Positions 37,201 to 49,200 of a stretch of 64,000 bases of DNA are shown here, one piece after another. The DNA comes from Octopus sinensis. Taxonomy: Eukaryota. The notes beneath the pieces were generated by a model. The model saw nothing but the letters and a program-made list of their open reading frames with translations, ran no database searches and was not told the origin of the DNA. Location: NCBI RefSeq assembly GCF_006345805.1, contig NW_021833065.1:1-64000 (forward strand), read 5' to 3'. The translations under genes were made by a program, and so were the position numbers. The number at the start of each line of letters is the position of its first letter. Positions within the stretch are counted from its first letter, which is position 1.

Positions 37201-40200
37201 AATGACGTAGTTACAATTATACACTGAGTTTCCTATGAGAAAAGAACTAACCTAAAATTAATTTACTTGTCATACATGTTCTCACTTGCAAATTATCTAG
37301 AAAAGGTTTATAGGCTCAGGCACCTGGGATTAATTTTTAACAATTTTGAATATAAATTCCGAAGATATGATCTGTATGGTAATTCAGTTGTATCATTTAG
37401 AATTTATGTAAATAGATATTGGAAAAGAATATCTCACCTAGGGCAAATTTGTCTTTCTCTACAAACATGTTTTATGCCAGTTATGTGACATTATTTAAGC
37501 ATCCCAGGAAAATAATTTAATATCTCTTATACTTAAAGCAAAAAACCATTTTTGATTGCCTTTGTTTTCGGGCATTAATATTTGTTTCAGCAATCAGCTT
37601 GTGCTTCTTTTTCATAATTTTTATTTGAAATATGTGATATATATTCAATTTGAAAAATATACACACATTATCTTTTGAAATTTTATCTTAGGAATGTTCC
37701 CTTTCATGAGAAAAGTATCTAATGTGTGGAGTTTTTGTTTGTGGTTATTCTATAATTACTATTAATTTTATTGTTACTTGCAGAGTTTATTAATTATTAT
37801 TATTGTTAATTTATACTATTTGTATAGAATTTAAAATATTGCCTTTTTTTTTATTCATTAGCATCAAATGAAAATTCTGATTGAAGAAATTGCAGTAATT
37901 TTATGTTTTTAGAATTTAAAAAAATTATATTTTATTAGTTTTTCATAAGTTACAACATTTCGCTAACGCTCAACATCAGTGATAATCTTACTGGGGATGG
38001 ATTAAAAAAATTGCTTAAGCTATGTAATTCAATTCTAAAATTCTCTTTTAACTGTTTCAGGCTCTTATTCAGACATCAGGTATGAGGCTGTTAAGGGAAA
38101 GAACAGGGTTACTGGAGAACATACTGGTAAGATTAAGACCTGACATCCCTTACTACAACTTTAATATCCTTATAGAATACTCCTCATACCAATAATTTTC
38201 CAGCATATATATATTTTTTTTTTTAAATCAAAATACTTATTATTTTATATTAATACAACAAAAGCTTTTTTCTTATTCATTTAGATTTGAAATCTTTGTT
38301 GATTAAATATTAGACAGATATTTTTATTTCAAGATCTATAAGTTTAATGTTCTGTAAAATTAAGATGTCCTTACTTTGGAATCTCTCTCCATTTCCAGAC
38401 AAACAAAATCATATACATATGCTAGCTTAAGTCAACAAATGTAAATGAAACTTGTACTAAACATAAGCAAACCGTCTCCTTATGATTGAAAATGAAATAA
38501 TTTTTTAATTCAGCAAAAACCTGGGAATACTTAGAAACTAAAAAAATAATCATACTATATTTTTAAATTATGAAACAATTTTTCAGATAAATTTCAATGT
38601 CTTTGAGATGTGAAGTATAAAGGGCCTGTTAAAAAAACTTTTTATGTATTTTATCACATTAAAATATGCATTTATTATTTTTGCTAATACTTTTATTTCT
38701 TTTTATAAAATTGATAAATATATAAATATTACAGTAATTTTAGCATCATAAATTACAATGAAATTTACATGCATGCTTCTAACATGTAATTATTTTGTCA
38801 ATGTTCTAAGAAGTACTGTTGTTAATGCATTCTTTGTAAATGTATATACTTCGATTTTTTACAACTTTGTAAACAAAATTTTTTCTTATGCACAGTAAAG
38901 CTTTTTGTAAATGAATACTAAAAGCACTATTAATTGCATTAAGAATCGTAAAGGAAATTTTATCAGTTTCTTTGAAATTTGGGGGCCATTAATAAAATCA
39001 GTGTGTTCTTTCAATAGCTTTTCTTTTTTTATGCAATTTTAAAATCTTTAATACGATCATACAACTAATTTCATACAAACATCAGTTGGTATAAATATCT
39101 GGAAACATGTATTTTTGCCTAGAAAAGACATTCCTAAGTAATATCAAATCTCCTTATTTTATTTTTACCAGATACCAGTGCAACTGATACTGACCCAGAG
39201 GAGGTAAATAACCGAATGATGGCTCTTGTAGAGAAGAATAAAAAGACCAAAAGAACAAAACAGAAGCCTGTCAAGAAAAAAAGAATGAAAGCAGCCAAAG
39301 AGAATAAAAAAGAAAATAAAGATAAAGAGCCAACAGTCAATAAAAAGCAAAAGGTAACTTTGGATCTTAATTTGAGCAGTTTTATTTTCAATAAAATATA
39401 TTATTAGGCCAAAACATATCTTGATGTAGAAAGGCTTGAGATCTTAATAACTAACAAATAGATTTTCTCTCTAAATGAAATAAATAGAATGGTCTGATAG
39501 ATACTATTTTGACGGTTAAAAAATTGACGATAAAAAAAAAACTATCCTAAAGTTCCTCTTTTCTACTTACTTCAAGAACTGTTATGTGAATGATAATTAT
39601 GACGTGAAATGCTAAATTAAATATGATTGGGATAAAACATGAAATAATTAATCAAATTTCCTACTAAATATTATGATCAGTCATAGATTTACTGGACTCC
39701 TTTATCAGAGGTATGACATTTTCTTCACAGTATAGCATAGACATAGATACAGGCTGAAGGAAATTAGTACAACACACTTTGAAAGACACAAATTTTTGAG
39801 AAACAAATGCATAATTGTTAGTGAGAGACTGAAGTCTGAGGTTACCTGACTACAGCAAGAATACCTCAATAAAACACTAGCCTTTTTTACATTTTCTTTC
39901 TGGGCTTCATTACTTCTGTAGGTTTTTTATCATATTTGTTAAAAGCTTTCAATATATTCATTAAAATTTTCTATGTAGATGCCAAAGGACACTGCGAAAA
40001 AAACACCTCGAACAAAGGTAAGTATTTTAATTCAATAATTGCACTTATAATAAAATTTGCACCACCATCTTTCTCCACTGCTAAATTATTAAAATTCTTA
40101 ATTTTTATTTTCTTAGGCTGCAAGAAAGGTTCAGATTTCATCTACTGTTGACAATGGTGATACTAGAGGACCATGGAACATATCAGCAAAGTAAGTCACA

Positions 40201-43200
40201 TGATTATTCTTTGATTTTTTTTTTTATAATTAAATTTATTTCTCCTTTTGAGAAATATTTACATTTGCCAAAATAGAACATTTTTTCATATGGATATTAA
40301 TACATATCTTTTTAGATCAATGGTCCAAGAACATGAAAAAGAGCATGAAAAGGGTAATGAGAAAGTGCATGGGAATATTTTAAGTATTGCTGTGCTTGAA
40401 GCATTATCTAAAGTTAAAGTAAATGGTCAAATGGTAAGTACTCTTAGTTGTTATGTCCAAGATACAGCAATAAAAATAGGCAGACCTGTCAAGGAAATTA
40501 GTACCTTCACAATTTAACCACATTATAATTCATTTCATAATTTCTGTTTATTAAAATCTCCAAGTGAATACAAATGTTCATTTATGAATTTCATTAGAGG
40601 CTGGTTGGTTCTAATTTTACTAACTTTTAAATTTAAAGTGGAAATGCTAATAAAATTAATTTTATTTCTTTTGGTATGTGATCCTTGTTTATTTTTTGTG
40701 ACTACATAGTTTCAGAATTCCTTGTTATTTATTGCAGAGTCCAGAGAAACATATAAAGCGAGAAGAGCTGCTGGTTCAGCTCTGTGAACTTGCTTGTCTA
40801 CAAAAAAATAAAAAAGTAAGTCTGTGCTTTTCTTCCTCTCTTGTATTATTAATATTAAGGGCTATTAGTAAAAGGTGTATATTATTTTTTGAGTGGGAAT
40901 GATTTTAAAATTTGTCACATGGTTAATATAAACAATTTCTAAGGTAACTAAATATATGAACCAACAATATGGGGTTTTATAAATAAAGTGCAATTATAAG
41001 TTACTTTGTGATCGTCAGCAATTATTTTTCTCATTTAAGTTCTCTTTTCAGGACAATTATTCATTGCTTCCCAGTATTAATCATACAAATTTAATTAAAT
41101 CTATATAAGTACATGTTGAAATGTATATGCATTTAAATCTAAAATTAGTTTTTATTGATAATAGGAATGGCTTCCTACCTTGCCATGCTGCATTTATTCA
41201 TTGAAAGTATGCTTATGTGTATATGCACAAACACTCTTGTGCATACACAGATTTATTGTAACTATGATAAAATTAGTTCTTTTTACACATTTTGATCATC
41301 ACTTAATTTTCAGGGGTTGCAGGCAACTGAAAACTTAAAAGAAGGTCAACTAATATCTGAGTATGTTGGAAGAGTATCTTTGAAAGAAGAGTGTATAAAT
41401 GCATCTATGAAAAGGTTTGTATTTATAGTTAATTTTTTTCAACCATTTTTATGTGTGCTCTTTCTCTAAGCACTTATAATTTTTTATTATTATATCTAAT
41501 TTTTCTATTTTAAATATTTTGCTTCAATTCAATATTTTTAATTTTCAGATTGAAGCCATTCACATTAGTATACTCCAAAGTAGAAGGAGCAGAATTGTTC
41601 ATAGATGCAAGTACTTTGGGTAATGTCTCAAGATATATACGACGATCATGCAGTCCAAATGCAGAGGTATGTATATTTCTAATTAATTTTTGCTTCATTA
41701 CTTTTTCTAAATATTTGCTACTTTAAATTTTAAGCCAAAACTGGATGTTTTATCAGCTCTTCCTAAATTATTTTCACTCTTCTATCCTTTGTGTTTATGT
41801 ATAACACTTTTTCATGTTTGCTTTTGTATGTTATATTTTTCACTCTGTCAGTTTAAACAAACCCAGTGTACCAACTTTTGGTTAAAATTATTCAGAGCAG
41901 TGAAAGATATATTCAGATGGTGGCAGATACTTGTGCAAGAGGTGTTTGTGGGTTGGGCTGCTGCACACCAACCATCACATACTGCTGCCTGTAATAAGAA
42001 ACAGTCCATATCCAAAGCATGGTAAACCAAGATTTGGTGAACACTTACTAGGTCCATATACCCTGACAGCTAGGTGACCATGTCACAACAGAGTTCTTTT
42101 CCAAAGATACAACAAAACGCTAACAGTGGACTTAAACTCACAACCTGTTCGAGAGTTTTCCAACTTCTTGTCTCCAATGTATATTATCAATGAATATATA
42201 ATGGGAATATACTTTCCAAACTTACTTTTACATAGATATTCAGTCTTAATGTTCAGTGGGATGAAAACTCTGCTATAGAAATATTATTTCATAATCTTTG
42301 TTTTTGTAGATAAAAATGTTAATGTAGCTTTTTTTTTTGTTTTGTTTTTTCCATGTCGTATCAACATACATAGTATTTTAACGTAAACATAAGTTCTTGT
42401 TCTTCTTGTTTTTAAGTTGTAGATTATGAAAATATCATTTGAGAAACCATACTGATTGTTCTTTTATATTAATTTTACCAACATATTAATTTTTTACATT
42501 AAAATTATTAAATTTGTAAGTTACTGATAGCCTGAATCACTTTTATTATTAATAGTTTGTTAAAGTTTTGGTATAGGACCATTGAAGATCTGATCAGGTG
42601 AAAATTCAGTTAGATATTTATACTTATAATAACTATTGAGAATGGGCTTCCTGGAAATGAAAAATAAATGTTCTGCTTCAAACAACCAACTCACACCACC
42701 ACCATCATTCTAAAGGATCTTCTTTCTTTGTTTCAGATGCGGCATTTACTACATCAAGGTTTCATTCGTTTCTTAATCTACTCTACTAAAGTGATATCGA
42801 AAGGTGCTGAAATAACAATACCATTTGATTTTACCCGGGAAGATGGGTGAGTTTAGGCTTTTATCTATTATTTGCTTCAGTCATTATGCTGGGACACTGC
42901 CTTGAAGTGTTTAATCAAACAAATCAACCCCAGTACTTATTCTTTTGCCAAATTGATAGGTTATATTTTTATGAACTTCATTGTGTGTTATTTTGAATGC
43001 TTAGACTATAGTGTTCATGTTACTTAGCATGAAGATTTTCTTTAAGCTCTTGTTTTCAAGCAATTATTAGACCATTTTTTAATTTACTAAACAGTTTTTA
43101 ATTGAAAATATCTTTTCCATGCTTCATAAATTATTGAGTAAAATTAATTTATCAAGTAATTTGTAGGAAGTCACTGCTTGATTTTGTTTTTAATCAGTGT

Positions 43201-46200
43201 CTTACAGTTATGAGTGACTGACCAATATTTCTATTCCAGTCTTTGTCAAATCTAATAAAAGACATATCTATAATTGTAAACTTCTTTGTATTTACTTTTG
43301 TTACAGTATCACACTCCTTATGTTTTTTTAACTTAAAATACAAAGTTAAGTATGCAATATTTTCCTCAATGTCTGAACTAAAATGTATTAATTCTCATTT
43401 ATTTAATTTTTTCCAGTGTTCTTCACACGGAATGTGCTTGCTCAAGAATTAATTGTCCTCTCAGTAAACCAAAAACTAAAAAGATTAATATTAACAGGTA
43501 ACCTTTCATTGACTTATGTTTTTGTGATTGGGAAAATTGTTTTCTTCACATTTAATTACTTTGCTTTTTACTTTATATAATTTCAGAAATCGGCGAAAAA
43601 TTAAAAACAAATCTATTTCTGAAAATATGTTGGATAGTGTATCTGATTCTGCTTGCATTGGAGTGGTGTCCAGTATCATCTCTAATACTACTAATACTAC
43701 TACTGATACAGATACTTCAGCAGCTGCTGTTGCTGCTGCAATGGCTGTAGCTGCCGCTGCTGAAGCACAACCTTTGGCTATTCCATTGGATATGAAGGTA
43801 TGGTTATAAATTTGGTTATTGCATAATGATACCAATTATATAGCTTTGTGTATGTGTAGTCCTGTACATGTGTATACACCTATAGATATTTAAATATGGA
43901 CAGCACAATGTGCTTAAGGTGTATATATGTGACCACTGATATGAATTGTTTCATTTATTAATTATTCTGTCATGCACTATTCAACTAGATAACTAGTCTT
44001 GCTTACTGCTAAATGGTATCTTCATGTTGTTATATATTTCATATTTGTGTATTTAGCAGTTAGGGAAATCATCTAAAATTTGTTATATGAATGATGGAAA
44101 GCTAGATATAAAAAAAAAATTAAAATGTGTTTTCATACAAAAGTTCATTTAGGATAATCTTCAAAAACAAGTTAACTTGTACTATTTGTAGCTTTGTACA
44201 ATTGTTTTCTAAGGAGCACTAAGAAAATTAAGTGTAGTTGAATGGTTTGCAGGAATCATGTAAGAAAAGTCAGGATTAGGAATGAGTTTCATGAAGAATT
44301 TAATTTACATGTTATCACCATCGTCTTAATGTCCACTTTTCCATGCTTGCATGGGTCAGATGGGTTGCATTAAGGAAGATTTTCTAAATCCAGATGTTCT
44401 TCCTCTTACAAACCTTCACCTGTTTACAAAGTAATATTTTCCCATAACCAGGCTTGTTTTCAGAGAGGATTGGAAATGAGAGACACTGTTACATAAGTTA
44501 CACCTATTTACAACTATTGCGCAGTGTCATGACAAGGAGACATGCTTATAACAGGCTTTTAAGTTTCTGTCTACTAGATCCACTCCCAAGGATTTGTAGT
44601 TGCATAGAAAGGCTCTGTGCTCATCCTCTTACTATTCAATTATAGCTTTTAGGCAATAGTGTTAAAGTTCAGAAATAGATTAGCTTGATAATTTTAATAT
44701 GCTGTTGGCTTTGTTCTCAGTGGACACATTTTCAAGAACAATAGGAACAGTTCTAAACTTTGAAGAATAGATTATAAAATTCAAGTTCAAAGACCTGGAA
44801 ATCAACTAAGTAAAACAACATTTGATCACCATTTAATATTAGTAACAGGGGACAAAATAATTATAACATCTGGGATGTGGCTTTACTCAGTATATAGTGA
44901 GACAATAAAACTTCAAAGTATTGTGCTCAGAGCAAGTACTAGGTACATGAAAGTTGCAGTGGGATTTCTTGACAGATGTAATAAATGTACAGAAATAGTG
45001 GAGAACTTTTGAGATTTTTATAAGTTAAATTGTGTTGGAATGACTATAGTGGAAACATAGTTGCTTAACTAAAAATGACGTGTAAAGAAATTTTAGTAGA
45101 TTTTAGTTTCTGTCTCAAACAAAAAAACTGGCAGATACATGACAAGTCATTAGTGTTGAATCTGCATTTCCTGGAGTAAAATGTGTTGAGTGTGTGATGC
45201 TCACTTGCATGAAAAGTGAAGCACAAGTGACACATGATGTAAATGAATTATGTTCTTGAAGAAAAGATGTTATGAGGTTGATTTGGAATGTATTCATAGT
45301 TAAAGAAATGGTGAAAGCAGATGATAAGAATAGATAAATGAACGTAACACGTTTAATTAATAGGCACTTCATTAACTTCCATTTCAAATTGAAATAAAAG
45401 TATGAGAAAAAAACGGTTTAAATAAAATGAAGGAGAAAATGTATGACACACTTAATAATATACATAATAAGAAAACCAGTGTCGAAACTTTTTTCTCTTT
45501 TCTTTTTCATAGGATATAACTTTATTTGTGAAATAACATTTTCTAGTAGATCATAACCTAATTTCATATATATGCTATATAAATTCAATAAGGTATCTTA
45601 AACCACTATGTATTCCACATTCTGCTGTTTTGCATTTTTGCCTGGTTCTACAGGTTTTCCAATGCAATGTGGCCTTGTTAATAAGATTTACAAATTGAAT
45701 TTTCTAATGTAAATGATTATACCTTGTCATGTTAAGAATATTTTAAGCACACTTCACATCACTTATTACTATTGTTCATGATAATATGAAATCCTGTATG
45801 TAATCTAGCTGTAATGTGTTTGCATCCCTTTTAGTCAAGAGAAAGAAAGCTTCCTTTGTAGTTTTATTAATTCCTCCAAATCTTCCTGAATTAGTAAGGA
45901 ACTGCTCAGTCATTTATCACATATATAATTTCACTCTTAACATAGCTTCTTATGCTATTCTGCATTCATGTTTCAAGTTCTTACACAATGCAGATTCATA
46001 TGAATACTAGTTTCTTTCAGTTTCAGTTACTGTTCTCAAAGCACGTATTCTTTCTGATGAATATTTCTTTTTTGACAATTTTTATCACCAACATCTGCTA
46101 CCCCTAGTATTTTGCCTCAATTCACAACCATGTGTATCACATATTAGATTGGAAAACAGCAATCCATTTTGTTTTTTTCTAACTTCTATTGTAAGGTCTG

Positions 46201-49200
46201 TCCATAGTTTCCAATCGAATTCTCTATAAATTGTAATTTGATATTTGTAAATACCCTTGTTACAAATCGGCCATTTTAGTCATCAGTAAGCAAGGAAGAC
46301 CAATGAAAAAATTTGGTTGTGTATTTATAGATGTAGTCAATAAGCAATAACTCTCCAGCAATGATTCTCTTTCATCAACCATTATATAAAACATCTCAAA
46401 ACTATCTCTGAAATACTTAGAAGTGCTAAATCTATCAAACATCATGATGTTTAAACTAAATTCCCCTTCAGTTCTGTCAAGAGGTTATTTTTCTGTATGG
46501 TCACTTCATTACCTGCAGATAGCAGGATTCCCTGTCTTAAGGAATATGCCATTCATGTATAAGAAAATTACAAATACAAAATATAACAAAATTACTTAAA
46601 AAAAGCCATTTGCATATAACTAAAGTATCTATTTCTTGAGTAATTCTAAATGACATCTCATGGAAATACAGGTTGGAAGAAGCATTGTTCTATATATATA
46701 GTCTTTATTTAATTGTATCAAAAGAGCCAACAAAAAAATTACATGTGATGTAAGGTAATTATGAAGAAGTGCCAAAAAGTGTAATTTATTCTAAATTTTA
46801 CTTCTTTTTTTTTAATGATTTTTATGAGACATTTTTTCTTTTTATTCTAGCCTCCACGCTCTTCCAATGCGAATGTCATCTATAAAACTATCCCTTCTTC
46901 TCCCTCTATTCCTACATCTATGGTAAAATTATATCCTCCTTCTCAAACTTCTCAGCCAGCTTCTCGATCCTCGGTTTATACTCATGCTAATACCACAGGT
47001 ACCTCTTTATCCCCAACTATTTCTTTACCAGTTTCTATTGTTTCTTCTGAACTTTCTATTCAAGCATCTCCAAATAATTGCTCAGTCTCTTCTATTTCTC
47101 TTCCTCCAATTCCATCTGCTCCTATGCCACTCACTATGCCAGCTAAATCAGCATGCACTCTTGAGGATTTGGCAGCAGTGGCCACGGCCCCCAATGCTGC
47201 TATGGCAGCTATTGCAGTATCTAACAATAGCAATAGTGATGCTCCTATGTTACAATTGCCTCCTCCACCAACCCCAACAGAAGCAGAAGCAGCTGCGGCT
47301 GCAGCAGCTGCTGTTGATGCCGCTGTTGCTGCTCCACCACTACCCACCCATGTGGAAGGTGAAATATCTCCAACTATTGATGATAATTTAGAACCTCCTC
47401 GAAAAATGGTAAGTCACTTTTTTGTATTAGTAACTGAATGTTTTTTTTTATCTAACTGAATACTTTTGTATTGTAAATATGGTAGATATAGATAACTTGA
47501 AATGTTTTATTGGTTCTAATTAGAAAGAAATCTAAATGTTTTTATGAAAATATTACAAAAATCTTTTAACTTACATTGCCATCAAAGGAGACACTTCAGC
47601 AAGATAAACAATATATGTGCAAATTCATGGTAACTAGTTTTCTTGAATGTATTGCTATATTTCTGTAAATATCCAGTATTAGATTTATCATAGTGCATCC
47701 TTAGATGCAGGTTATTTTTGTTGAGAATTTTGGCTACTGAAGTCTGTCTCACTTTGCTAGTGTGATTCACTTGGAAGCTTTTCAGGCTATCATCATTCAT
47801 AAGATCATGGTAACTGTATTGCCTAAAGGATTCCAAGAAATACCTATGAATGAAGAACTAGAAATAGAAGTGTATTAACATTATTATTCAGTTTCATCCT
47901 TTTATTAAAATTTCAAATAATTTTTGTATAGACAAGAGAAGAGAGGAAAATGGAAGCAATTGTTAAAGCATTTGAAAAACTGGAAAAACGAGAAGAAAGA
48001 AGAAAAGAAGCATTGGCTAGACTTGAAAATGCTCGGAAAAGTCAAGAAGAGAAAAAAAGAGTATGTTGGAATTGCATTTAACTTTTGTATTTCATAGAAT
48101 ATCTATCTACAGTGTATTTTATTAAATTTTTAAGAGATTTAAAAGAAGCATACTAGTTTTTAAGATCCTAGTTCCAGTAATATTGCTGAAGCACCACTTC
48201 AATATTTTGCACAAGCATTTTAGTACCATTTAACCCATTCAATACCAATGTGGTCATAACTGACTGAGAATGTTACCAACCCACCTGAAGACAGCTAAAT
48301 AGTCTTATTTAAATGAGAATTCCAGTGCAGATCTCGTTAGTACATTTGCAAAAACAGTAATTTCACTACATAAACAATTGAGTTATACTGTCCAACATTA
48401 TTTTACAAATTTGACTGCTGTGAAATTTTGGAGTTTTTTTTTTTTATCCTTCCCACTTTGATTGTAATGTTTCACTATGGACAAATTTACCTGTAAGATG
48501 TGTGACAAATTTTGTTTAATTTGTATCATGAATTATTGTATGTGTTTCTGTGTGTTTATGTATGCAAGTAAGTTTATTTAATTTAGCTGATGGCATGTTG
48601 ATTCCTAGATTTCTTTGATGACAGATTCCAGCATTTCATTCTGTTTTTCCTTTAATGGTACACCTGTCTTATGTACATTAAGTTTGATAGATAATTCAGT
48701 AATTTTCACGATTAGCTTTTATAAAATTTTGTTGTATAACTCCTTGAATATTAGCTAATAACTCATTTTAATGCTAATTTTTAAATAAAAGTAATAAATG
48801 GCAAATGATTACATTTTAGCAATTCATCTAAACATGAAATTAGCACTCTTTAGTATTTTTGTTTTACATTTACAGGAGTCACCGGAGGATGAGGAAAAAG
48901 TAGAACTAAAAGATATTAAACCTGATATTTCTACACTATCTAAACCCCCAAGCACAAAGTAAGCTTCTTATAAAGTAGACACTTCAATTTTAATTTGTTA
49001 CATTTACTTTTGTTCTGTGTGTGATTTCAATTACTTGTATTTAGATTTGCTATTGCAAAAGTTGTCATATGTTATATTTTCTTTCTTTTCAGGAAAAAGA
49101 AGAAAGCACATTCTATATCAACAAGAAGGTATTTTTTTTTTTATTTTAATTATATATAAAATGGCATAAAAGATAAAAACATGAATATTTATATTTTTGT

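Noticed and set aside
47060-47347. Antisense Ala/Gly-rich ORF (also 43506-43835 and 39134-39391)
   Set aside because: Shadow frames of low-complexity KMT2E exons.
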